DNA of 64,000 nucleotides from Plasmodiophora brassicae (Eukaryota): NCBI GenBank assembly GCA_036867785.1, contig CP145410.1, positions 868,001 to 932,000 of the forward strand, read 5' to 3'. Shown piece by piece: positions 25,301 to 36,634 of this stretch (position 1 is its first letter; each line of letters starts with the position of its first letter). The notes under the pieces were generated by a model. It saw only the letters and a program-made list of their open reading frames with translations, ran no database searches and was not told where the DNA came from. The position numbers and the translations under genes were made by a program.

Positions 25301-27798
25301 ACAGCAAGAGCGACGATACTGGCGACAACGCTTCGAACGTCTCGTCTGTCGTCGAACACAAAGGGTGTGACGGCGGTGATAATTTCGTGAACGAACTCAT
25401 CACCAGCACTTTCAGGGAACCTGGTCGCCTGCCTACAGGCTTGATGAAGAATGCGCAGACAATGCAAAAGGAGGGAGTCACTGGACGAAGAACAATCGTT
25501 AGCTTGCGGAACCAACAACTCGAAAAGCGACGAACGAAGCTGGTCAAGGAGGTGTGGAGTGAGGTCGAAGAGATTCTTTGAGTAACGCATCCGTTCATCT
25601 GGGTCATCGAAGATGCGACTGAGTTGTTCGGCAGACGAAGCGCGAAGAGGCAATTCAAGATTCGGGTTCGACAGGATCTTGATCAGGTTCCGCACATCCT
25701 CCTCCTTCCATGTCACAGCTCCTATCGAGGTTGGCTTTACCACAGGTGAACTGACTTCACCACCAATACCGAACGGATCGCCCTGAGCCAAAACTCGTGC
25801 GACGATTCTGTGATCGCTGGCGTCCATATGCATGTGGCGCCTGCAAATGTGGTCGCACAAACCTGAGAAGAACGTGATCGCCGACCTTCGCACTGAACTA
25901 TCTGTATGGAAAAGCAGTCTCAGGTTGTGGAAGTGCTCCTCGATGGAACCACGGAATGAATCGTCATGCACGATAGCGGCCAGGGCGGCTGCCGACGACC
26001 CCGCCTCCTCAATAGTGGAGTAGAGTCCAAGTAAAGATGAGAACGGTCCGAGTTTCGGTTTCCACTGGGCTGGAGCAAACTGGACAGCATCAAGTAGCAA
26101 ATCTCGTGCAGCGTTTGCCACGTCTGGGTCCTCATCCGACAAGACAAATACAATAATGCAACGGAGAATGTCTTCCGAAGCAGCGACGCGCTCTAGGGCA
26201 ACGCCTTTCAAAACACGAAGTCGAACAGAAGCCTGCCTGTGTTGCAAGGCATGCACGATTAAACTGTCATCGTCCGGATACTCAAGGAGAGCTCTCACAA
26301 CCGCCGGAAGCAGATCGGGGAAGTACGCAACGCCGTCTAGAGCGCCTCGGATGGCGTCAGGCGATGTGGATTCAAATCCCTCTAACGACGATATGATGGC
26401 TCTAGACAGTGCGAAATCTTTGGAGGACTTGTGTCCAGATCGGCTTAGGGTTCTGAAAATTCGCTCACGAAGTGACGGATGTCGTGACCCGAACGCCTCG
26501 CTGCATAAAAGACGCCCCAGTACGTCGTTCGTAAAGTCAGGCAGTGGGTCGGCACCGGCCATTTCAACGACCAGGTACGACAGAACCAGCACGCAATCTG
26601 CAGAACGCTGATCATCGCTATCCACATGGAACAGCAGCGCACTGGCAAGAGCATCGAATCGCGAGGGGGACACTGAAGGGAGAAACTGAATCAACTTCCG
26701 TATCATTGGAGCGTAGACGAAGACAGTGTCGATTGATTTCAGCACCGCAATAATTGTGTCGATGACATGTCTTGCGAACGCATTGATGCTCACGTTGCTT
26801 CTCAAGACGAGAGATTCGCGATACGTACGACGGCGGTCGCCTGAAGGGGCAGAGATTGTGCCTCGCGGAGGATACTGGAATTCCTCGACGACGAACTCGT
26901 CGTCTTGCAGGCTGACGACTGGAGCAGGTGTCGGAGGCGGTCGTGACGATGGATCCGCCAACATCCGCAGTGAGGCGAACAGCGAGTGCACCATCCGAGA
27001 CAGAACGGCAGCAACCGGAACATGAAGATCAAATCCCGAGCAAATCAAATCTACAATGGCCGCAAGGACCTGAGGTCGTTGAAGAATGACTTCGCCTGGA
27101 AAATCCAGAAGAACATCATTGTGAAGAGTGTGCAGTGCCTCCACTACAATGCTTCGATCACGAGAGCGCAAGCGAAGTCCCAAATCGAAAAGAATGCGTT
27201 CGTCGTGCCTCACCAGGGCAACCATCGGAAACCGCCAACCGTCATCATCCGAGTCAACGCCCAACTCTGTTAGATGTACCGGTTGTCGTGGGCGTATTGG
27301 GGCGAACGATGACGAAGAGGTCGCGGCGCGTTGCGCGGGCGGTGTACTGCCATTCTTCTCGTGGGGTGGCGCCTCGGCATGATAAGAAGGAGGGTTTCTC
27401 GAAGAGATGGGATCGACGATGGGTGCCGGTGGTATATGGTCAGGCAGGTGAGCTGAGAGAACCTTAATGAAGTCATCTAATGCCGTCTGAATGGCGGGCT
27501 GGGCAGCATCCAGTTTGATGATATGTGCGATTCGTAACGCATCGAGACGAACGAATTGCTGAGCCGTTGGCGCATGTGTCGCAAGCTCAGCAAGCAGACG
27601 AAGCAACTCAACTGGCCTGGGGACTTCATCGTGATCAAACCAGGACAACAGATTCCTCAGTAAATCGGCGCCCCCGGCAGACACCAGCGCTTCTCTGGAC
27701 ACGATCCCAGATCTCAACTTCGAGATGACGTTATCCAGCGCCCGCGCACGAATTTCTGGCAGAGCGTGCCCGAGCTTGGCGATGATGCTGGCATCCAT
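22362..27798 (-). CDS. RTTN: Rotatin (centriole/basal body protein)
   Basis: N-terminus KLGHALPEIRARALDNVISKL..LLSWF and LLDFPGEVILQRP match rotatin N-terminal motifs. A 1602-aa ARM-like exon is followed by a final exon (LWSLVYDCQKA). Confidence 0.88.
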
Positions 27799-27983
27799 CA
27801 GCGACGGACGACGCCTGGCGGTCGGCCAGCCCCCAAACCGACGGGCACTGACGCCGATCCCGCGCCTCCACGTTACCGACGTGATCTAATTATATCCCGC
27901 CAGCCTGCCATCCGGGCTCCCAAACCATGTTTTGAGCGAGCTTTGAAAAACCGGTCCGGAAATCAAAAGGAAATCAAACCTCA

Positions 27984-28016
27984 GGCGATAGCGGGCGCGA
28001 AGCGCCCGCTATCGCC
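27984..28016. other. Perfect 15-bp-stem hairpin with GAA loop near the transposon end
   Basis: GGCGATAGCGGGCGC-GAA-GCGCCCGCTATCGCC. Confidence 0.9.
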
Positions 28017-28242
28017 CGTCTTTTTCAACCACATGGTAAACAAATGTTGAACCTGGTGTCTGCAGGCTGCTGACTGGGATCAGGCGATGCGAATTCGCTG
28101 AAGGCATTCCCCATCGCTGGCTGCTTTGACGACGCGCTCCCGACGACACCGCTCTATATAGAGTCTGTTAATCAACGGTACACTTTATCGATTTCAGCCG
28201 TTCAATGACCATCAAAAGCGTGGTTAAATGCAAGCGGACTGT

Positions 28243-31200
28243 TCAACCGGAACACCACTTTCGGTTATACTTTCCGTTGCATTCGTCGTTGCCGCAGACC
28301 TTGCAACAGCTCTTCGGTTTACGGACTCGTTTTGTTTCGCCTGGATCGCGAACCGGGGCTGACAGGCGACGCTTTGCAGCACTTAATGGTACCACGTCCA
28401 GCACCGCTCCAACTGCCGCAGCCGAGGAGGGCGCCTGGTGGATATCGAGACTTGCATGGTGTGCAGGCTGCGGGACAAGGACAGGCGCGGCGGTCTCAGG
28501 TGGCTGGATAGGAACAGGCGGGGCAGGAACGGGCGGGACCTGGCGTTGGACAGGCGCTGCTGCTGACGGGAACAACAACGTTGACGGCGGGACACGACTT
28601 GATAAGCGGACGGAGCGTGTGTTCTCTCGAGTAGTGACCGACGCTGAGGTCCGGTTATTCGATTTTCTCCAGTTCGTATAATAGCGTTGAAGCTGTGTTG
28701 CCGTCTTCCGGAAGATGGAAACGCCGTCCGCTTTCGTCCGGAAGACCTCGACAATAGCAGCAAAGTCTTTGCCAAACTGGCGCATTGCCTCGTCGAACAG
28801 CTTGAACTCTTCCGGTAGGTGCATTGGCATGATGGGAATAGCCATACCAAAGCGTTTAGCGGCAAAGGCGTAGCATCCCGTCAGTGGCCGGGTTGACTGG
28901 GGACCGTTTTCGGCATCGGTGCGGTTGATCAACCTGCAGAGACCAAATTGTTCGCCCGTCGCAAAGAACGACCTCAAAGGATGCCAGTTCTCGTACACGA
29001 GTCGTGATGATACCGATAACGCCAACTCCTGAACGCGTTCGATATTCCATACATCGTAGTGGCCAAAGAAGGGCACGTCAGCGCGATGTCGAACGCTGGC
29101 CCGCATCAACTGGCGATGACGCTTCTCAGCCAGAATAGCATCTGCTAATTCCAGGGAAGCGCCGAAAGAACCCATAGAACGGTACAGGTCCCGATGGTAC
29201 CCGCCTTCAAGGGAATTCGTTCCCCGCGAACAATGATACACGGGTAGGCCCAATTCGTCAACCGCAATTTCAGTATAGAACTGGAATCCGGGAGGGTCGC
29301 TGAGACACCCTTTCCTGACGTGCACCCTCATTGCCTAGCATGCGTTGACAATATTAGTCGGATAAACCAGAACATTGGTAAGGGAATCTGACCTCGATCT
29401 TCTTCAGACCCGCCTCGGTTAACAGCGGGTCGTTCGTCATTGGGTCCTTCGCGGAACGATATGCGTCGACCACAGCCTGTACCGCTTCGTCCATCTCGAC
29501 TGGCCGTCGCGTTGCGCGCTTGATCCGAGAGCGCGCCCATCGTGAATTATGGATGAAAGCTTCGAAATCGTCCGGGAGTTGACCTGCTTCTTCAAGTTTC
29601 CTCCTGACCATATCTTTGTCCTCTGGATCGACAACCAGAATGGCATCGCGCATCGCGGCCAGGAACGCCGGTTGGTACGCGTTCGTCGCTTTCACGGGAA
29701 GGTCGTTTAGCCAGTGGAATATATCTTTCAATACAACCACGTCGTCAGATTGCGACTCCAACGGCAGACACTGGCGAGCCCTGCGAATTGATTGAAGACG
29801 CACTGGCAGGCGCACAGGAAGCTCCTTGATCGTTTGAAATGATGGCAACCCGTTCCGAGTCGCAATACGGAGTCCAGGAGCTGACAATTCGTCCACTTCA
29901 ACAAGCAGGACGTGTTGTGAGGCTGTCACATCACGTGACGTTCCGCTGTTCTCGACAATGGTCCCGGAGGCGACGCGTTTGCTGTTTCCGATAACGATAT
30001 CGACTCGAAGGCCCGGGGCAGCGTCAGTGAGTGGAATAGGAGTCGAACAATCCTGGAACTGGGTAAAGTAGTGGTACAGCGCTAGTCCAGCGAAGGCATC
30101 GCGGTTCGCGTAACGAATTTGTGCCCGTGACAACGGACCTGACCAGTGTTCCGAGACCCGGATGTGTGGAGGTTTTTCCAAAGAAACGTGGAATACTAAA
30201 GACATCAACCGCTCCAAAGAGAGCTTAGACGTGGACAGTTTCCCACGACGCTTCCCCAGCACAGCGACGTCGACACAATTATTCAGGTGCACGCCGAAGT
30301 CTTTCAACAATTTCGCAGCGTCATGCTGGATCTGTCTGCCCACTTTGGCTATACGGGCGTCCGCGAGTAATGTGACCACCGCTCTTGGAAGTTGCTTCAT
30401 GGCGTCTGTAACCCGGACCAAATACATCTCACCGTTCGACATTGCAATTTGGATCGTACGCACGCGAGAACGGGAAGAGACGAAGCGGCCGCCCAAGCGA
30501 GTCATGACAACGTCCCACTCCTGGTCATACCCAATCACACGCTTGTCGGGCGCCTCGGATAAGAGTGTGCGGTAAACAGCATCAACAACGTCGTTGATTT
30601 CAGATGGTGTCGACAACACACGACCGTCGCTGGGTGGCCATGAAAACGATGGGACTGCAGAGTCAGCCAGATCGCGGCCACGTTGCCGAGCAGAGATGGA
30701 CCGTAAAGAGACAAGCTGATCGGTTGCCCCGGTCACAGCTGAAACAAAACTGGCGACTGCAGCAGCAAAATCGACGGTCTGCGATGAACGCGAAGATTCC
30801 TCCAGAATCCGTTGAGCGCAAACGTTGGTGGCCCGTGTCACGCTCTCAATGACCCCATCGAACAGTCGTTCGCAAGTGGTGTCGTCGATATCCACATCCT
30901 CGTTTTCAATGCTCTCGAGAAGACACCGCTGAGCAGCAATACGCACGGCGCCCAATGCAACCACTTCAATTTCGACCAGACTGCGGTGAACAACGATGGG
31001 GAGCTCGAGGAACAAGTTCTCGCGAATAGAGCGCAAAATGGCGGCTAGATTGGAGCAAAGTGCCTTCCCCAGAGAGAGCGCACGAAGAAAGTGCTTAAAC
31101 TCCACGAACAGGCTGGCATCCTGGCAGCATCTATCGGACACGAAAAGAGATGGTTCCGTCAAACCATTCTTTAGAATACGCTTCATGAAGCCGCGCAATG

Positions 31201-33192
31201 CTGGCAACAACTCGGCGAGGCTGGCCCCGAACGTCAGCATTTGAAGAACGGGCTCTTCAAATTCGTTGCAACAGGTGAACAGCGCCTCAACAAGCTTCTC
31301 GCCGTTGAATCGACGAATCAATTTGGGGATCTTGAAGGAATGGTCCAGTTTCAAGATTCGTCCACTGACGGTCTGTATAAGAAGGTCCATCAGCGGTCGT
31401 ACCTGTCGGTGGAATTTCACCAAACAGTATTTTAGGTACGAAGGTGACGGAACGAACCCGTTGTAGCGATCGGGGTCAGCAAAGGAAGAAAATTGCGGTG
31501 GGGAATCACCCAACTCTCTGGTGAACCTGTACCCGATTCCCCTCTTGCAGTGTAGCAGAGACCCGAACCATTGGATCTGTAAACGGGTGTATCTGGAAGT
31601 ATGCCATTCCATAAGCATACGATGGTACCCCTCGATGGAGACGCCCTGCTCAGTGAGCGACCGCATCTCTTCTATAATGGAATTGTCGATCGCACTGCGA
31701 TGCGTGAGCAACGCGGGGAATTGAACCCGAATAAAGTCAGGCAGTTGAGAAAGAAAGTTTTCGTGATACGCACTGAACGTATACGAAGGCGCTTTGCTGC
31801 CCTTGCAGCGCGTGCACCGGTACGTCCGCGCAATGATGAAATAGCATGAATCGCGAGTGACGACGCGTCGACCTGCTGTCCACGAATGGTGGACGACATT
31901 GTAGTCACCAGGCTTGGCCTGTCGTGCAGAACGTCTCTGCCGGCAATGAGGGCAATGGATGGGGATATCGGAGGCCATTGTCTCCGGATCCCACACAAAC
32001 ACGTCGTAGACGTAGAAGCGATTCGGATCCAGGTCGCCAACGAGCAGCTGACGCACGGCCGCTGAACCAAAACGGACCCAAAGCTGTCCAGAACGAACAA
32101 GCGCGAGGATGGAGCTGTCAACGCTCTTTACGTTCTCTAGGATGCCGTCCAGGACCTTCCGCATTACAGGCGATGCGGCATCTCCTTTCTTGCCCTTATT
32201 CCCGTGACTCACACCTGTTCCATTTCAAACACAATCTTCACATACCCGTAGTACAAGAAAGACACACCTGTAGGAGACGACTTCTCATTTGGGTGCGAGT
32301 CTGGATCATCGTCGACATCGTCATCCATATCGGAGTTATCGACATGCGATCCATTGCTGGTCAAACGGTCGAAAGCGTCATCGTCGTCGACTCCGTCATC
32401 GCCATTCGATACAATTGCAGGCTTAGCGAATCGCTGAAGCTGACGTTCAAGCCAGTCAGTGCCCTTTGTAAGAAGGGGTGGCGGATCAGTAGTCGCTGCT
32501 GCAACATCGCTGAAGTCGGGCATGGATGCGGTGGTGGACGATAAAGAACTAGTGGACGATGATCGCTGGCGCCCGATAAGGACTGGAGCCAGAGCTGCTT
32601 GGAGAGCAGCAATGCTTTGCCCATGCCGCAGCGCGTTCCTCAGTTGACGAGGAGCTGGATTGTTCTCAGGAGGATCCGCAACATCACGCTCGCGGTCGAC
32701 CGGATTCGGAACGCATTCGGCGGGATTCGGACGACTGAGATCAACCGGTTCAGCTACGATTGAATATAGGTTAGTTCTGGATACGGCAATTGTTGGCCGA
32801 GTGATTACACATTGTAGGCCGGATCGACGTAGAGGGCGATGTCTCAGGGTGACTCGATGTCAAACCAAAGACGAGTGGAGGTTGAGGAACGAGAGCCCCT
32901 GTTGGCGGTGCCAAAGGTGGCTCGACAGGGATGGATGTCGTATTCCCAATCATTCCGCCTGCTGATTTTCATCAGACAATGCATGTGTGCATATCAGTTC
33001 TTGGTAACCTCCTGCGACATCGCGCTGCGATTGTTCGCGAGGCACTTCGACGGCTGTATCGGATGGCCCTCGCCGAAAGTATGCAGCAATAGACGGCTGC
33101 TTCGGCTCTTGTTGAGAAAGAGATTTACTCGACTTGTTCCTTGATCCTGGCTTGCGTCCCGCTCCAGGTCGATAACCGCCGCGACCGCCCAT
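28243..33192 (-). CDS. DDE transposase (ISL3/Mutator-type DxxH) with zinc finger and inserted DEDDy 3'-5' exonuclease; 5 exons, 1578 aa
   Basis: Exons 33192-33009, 32961-32809, 32753-32268, 32214-29393 and 29334-28243 splice in frame (4737 nt). Motifs: RGGYRPGAGRKPG; CPHC..RTYRCTRC; LKLDHSFK; VSDRCC; exonuclease GYDQEW, IQHDA and YANRDA; KDIFHW; RGTNSLEGGYH; C-terminal CKVC..C..C. Confidence 0.85.
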
Positions 33193-33347
33193 CCTGCAAC
33201 CGCTTGCCCGGGTCAGATATCGCCTGCAGCTGGAAGAAAATGCGGACACGTGCAACAAAAAACACTGGCATTTGTAGTGAAACGTTTCTGCAACTTCCAG
33301 AAAACGTCCAACCGGAAATGTGCTAAAAACGGGGGAAAATCCGAGGA

Positions 33348-33389
33348 TGTCCGAGAGTCAAGAGCCATTGTCCGAGAGTCAAGCGCCAG
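33348..33389. repeat. Subterminal 21-bp tandem repeat (2 copies) of the transposon
   Basis: TGTCCGAGAGTCAAGAGCCAT / TGTCCGAGAGTCAAGCGCCAG. Confidence 0.85.
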
Positions 33390-33465
33390 TGGGAACTCAC
33401 TCCGCGCACTGCGTGAGAGCCGCCATCCGGCCATCCAGCTTCTGAAGCGCAGGGGACGGGCGACA

Positions 33466-34473
33466 ATGCCTCGAACGGACCGAGGTTTACTGCGACTGTG
33501 CAGGTGGTTTTGCGCGACACGTGTTTCTGGATCCGCCTACGACGAATTGGATGCCAGCTGGAATTCTGGAAAGAGACACGCGCAGATCAAAGGCTGCGAG
33601 CGTGCCAATATCACGGATCCGTCACAGTACGATATACAGCTGGGCCTGGCGGGAGACGTGACGATGCTCAGCGAGTCGCCCGCTGCCGGCCACTGCCTGG
33701 CTGTACTCCTGTTCAAGATCGTGCTTGTGTGCATGGCTCTGGTCATCCTCCATATCTGGGTCTTCTTTCTCATCCCTTTGTACATTGTCGCCGTCGACAA
33801 GACCTTGGTCGCTATCAATGCGACGCTTTCTATCATCAGTCAATGGGACGAGTCTCTGGTAAGATAGCGTCCTCCACTCTATTTGCAAGATTCTGACACT
33901 CAATCAGCGCCTGTTCATCAATGTTAACGACGTTTGCGACCGTTTGGAAATGTTGTTAAGAGCTGACGCTGTCCTCGCAGGACGATCGAGCCCTGCAAAG
34001 CCTCACGTTCCCGCCACATAAACCTGAGAGAGCTACTCGGGCCCTGCGAGGACGAATAATTATTGAATGGGCACTGGACGAGGTCTGGCATTTCAAAGCA
34101 TTCATCCGCGACACATGTCTAACTGAAGTAGGTTGTACCGTGGATCACAGTATCAGCGCTGGCGTGCGGTGTCCTTTTGTTGCTGGTCGCACCTTGGCGT
34201 TGGTCAGATGTCGTAAGAACACTGGCGACGTCAACGATCTGCGGCTGACCTCGTCGTCCTATGTAGTTTGTTACAGATCGGCAACGAATGGTCTCGCTAG
34301 GATCAAGGGTGTCCCGTATTCTTGCAAGAGCAGTTCCACCCAGCCTCTATCGGCACCATATCGAGCTCGATGCTCTGCTGGCCGCGTGGCGAGATGCATG
34401 CGATGCCTGGGAACACACGCTGCAACACGAACAATGATGGCAACTTCAGCATACATACAGCAGTCGGCATTAA
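33466..34473 (+). CDS. Hypothetical membrane protein, multi-exon
   Basis: MPRTDRG.. ORF with hydrophobic helices (LAVLLFKIVLVCMALVILHIWVFFLIPLYIV). GTAAGA donor at 33859 and further hydrophobic exons. 3' end uncertain. Confidence 0.45.
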
Positions 34474-34525
34474 AGTGTATTGGGACATGCGAGGAGTCGA
34501 GCAGGATCCGAACAGCGGACGAGCG

Positions 34526-35887
34526 TCACACTTTCTTGAAGGCGGGCAAGACTTTGCCAACGACATCACCGAAGCCGATCTTGTACGGGACCTTCGACGA
34601 ACCGCAAATTCCCGTCATGCGGACGGTATCGCCGTCCTGGAGGAAGCACCGCTGCGTGCCGTCTTTCATGGTGACCGGTTTCGTTCCCTTCCAGGAAATC
34701 TCGAGCATGGATCCAAACGAGCCAGGTTCCGATCCGCTGATGGTGCCCGACCCCATTAAATCGCCAGGTCGAACGTTGCATCCGGTTGACGTATGGTGAG
34801 CCAGCTGCTGGGCGAAGGACCAGTATAAATGACGAGCGTTCGTGCGTGAAACGATAACCTCAGATGCAGATGGACCATCCGGAGTAATAGAAACCTGCAG
34901 GTACCGTTGAAAAAGGTATCGATCAAGATACTTTTCACACATGGTACCTCAAGATTGATGTCGTAAGCAACGTTGTGCGGGTCCTGAATGTATGGCAACG
35001 GTGGCGGGGTCTGGGGTTCAGGCTCGACCTGGAACGGACGCAAAGCCTCCATTGTCACGATCCAGGGCGAAATAGATGTTCCAAAATTCTTCCCGTTAAA
35101 CGGTCCCAGCGGAACATACTCCCATTTCTGCACGTCGCGCGCCGACCAGTCGTTCATCAGGACAAGGCCGAAGATATGAGAATGAGCATCTGCGATGGAG
35201 AGCGGTTCACCAAGACGGGAACCCGGCCCAACAAAGAAGGCCATTTCAAGCTCAAAGTCCAGCTGTTGGCAGGGACCATGAACAGGCGGTTTGTCATCGG
35301 CAGGGCGGAGCTGGCCGCATGGTCGATGAAGATTCGTTCCAGATACCACTACGGAGGATGCCCTTCCATGGTACCCAATGGGCTACATGGCGTTCGTTAA
35401 GTCAGGAAAGTATAACCCAGTTACCGCCGGACCATACCATGTGAAGCCAGTTGGGTTGCAATGCATTGTCAGGTCCACGGAACATGATACCGACGTTGGT
35501 CGCGTGCTGACGACTTGAATAGAAATCGGTATAGTCACCGATTTCACATGGCATCTGCATGGCTACTTGATCGCGACGCAGCAGAGCGCGTCGCCGCAAC
35601 TCAGTGTTGTCACGTAGCGTCGGCGTGTCCTTCGCCAGCAATTTCTGGATCGTACGCCTGGCATTCGACCATTGCTCCGGCCCCAGTGACATGAACTCAT
35701 TCAGCGTCGGCTTGGACAGACTCGGAAACGGCAGCAACCCAGCCTGAACAAGCTCGGGCAGGGACAACACGTGATCGCCGATCGCGACACCAATTCGGCA
35801 CGCGTGGTCGTTGACCGCCTTGAATACGCCATACGGCAGGTTCTGCAACGGGAACCCGCTATCCGGATGTACCTCGACCCAGGACAT
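34526..35887 (-). CDS. FAH: Fumarylacetoacetase
   Basis: [61 protein letters not shown] and [11 protein letters not shown]; two introns. Confidence 0.97.
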
Positions 35888-35921
35888 CGTGCAGTCTTGC
35901 CGTCGGCCGCGCACACTACCT

Positions 35922-35941
35922 ACACACACACACACACACAC
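35922..35941. repeat. (AC)n microsatellite upstream of FAH
   Basis: About 10 AC units. Confidence 0.9.
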
Positions 35942-36527
35942 CCCAAAATGACTACCAGGGTACGCGGCATGCACCTCCCCACCGTCATGTTCGCATGCAC
36001 GATCTTTAATGTTCGTAACAGTCGCTAGGCAATGGCTGCCAACATTCATGCAACGGTATGAGCACCCGGTGCTCGCATAATACAGAGGAGTCTTTCTGTC
36101 CATTTCGACAGGGACCATCGGGGGTCTGTCATCTTTCGCAAGAGTCTGCAAAAGAAGAAGATATGCATGTCCACTTCTTCGTATACTGACCCAGGACGGC
36201 TGCCGATTTCCATCGGCGGTCAGTCGGATCGTCCACGGGTGGGCAGCCCATGGGTTCGACGACCGTCCACTAAACCGTCTTCTATACGAAATTCGAACCC
36301 GCCTTGGGCTCATGTATGGTTCGAGCCAGCGAAACCCGCCGCAGGAGGCCCACTTCTAAAATGAGGGTCCGGATGCGGTGCCTGCAAGTACATTCACAAC
36401 GGAAGCGGTGCCGGACTGGACTGACTCTTAAATTAGGGGGTTGCCGTAATGCCGTTGACAGCCCGTTGCACTTGCAGCTTGCGAGTCACGGCGTCACGCT
36501 GTCCTTTCGAATGTCCGCGCCTGAGTC

Positions 36528-36560
36528 CGTGGCGGACTGCGTGGCGGACTGCGTGGCGGA
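36528..36560. repeat. 12-bp tandem repeat (CGTGGCGGACTG, about 2.7 copies) upstream of importin-4
   Basis: cgtggcggactg cgtggcggactg cgtggcgga. Confidence 0.85.
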
Positions 36561-36634
36561 GATTGACCCCAGTCCAGACACATCTGTGCACGCGGCACGT
36601 CAATTTTGATCGACGCGATTCCCGAACCTCGAGT

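Larger units (their letters stand above)
27915..33421 (-). mobile_element. Complete ISL3-like DNA transposon (5507 bp) with imperfect GGCTC TIRs and an 8-bp TSD
   Basis: Direct repeat GCCATCCG at 27907-27914 and 33422-33429. Left end GGCTCCCAAACCATGTTTTGAGCGAGCT versus right end (reverse complement) GGCTCTCACGCAGTGCGCGGAGTGAGTT, 17/28 identical. The element encloses a single transposase gene. Confidence 0.85.

Noticed and set aside
22990-27798. 4.8-kb intron-free ORF as a foreign or viral gene
   Set aside because: The N-terminus matches rotatin, and a normal intron links it to the final exon.
27907-27915. 9-bp TSD GCCATCCGG (Mutator-like)
   Set aside because: It is formally possible, but it removes the first G of the left end and breaks the GGCTC/GAGCC terminal symmetry. 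The 8-bp reading fits better.
27984-28026. Hairpin followed by TTTTT as a bacterial rho-independent terminator, or bacterial contamination
   Set aside because: The element's gene has spliceosomal introns and is flanked by eukaryotic genes with a clean TSD. The T-run is also on the strand opposite the transposase.
27984-33192. Helitron (subterminal hairpin)
   Set aside because: No HUH Rep or helicase motifs; TIRs, a TSD and DDE motifs are present instead.
36250-36330. tRNA gene (GGTTCGA B-box-like motifs) or telomerase template (CTAAACC)
   Set aside because: No cloverleaf could be built, and the putative template does not cover a full telomeric repeat.
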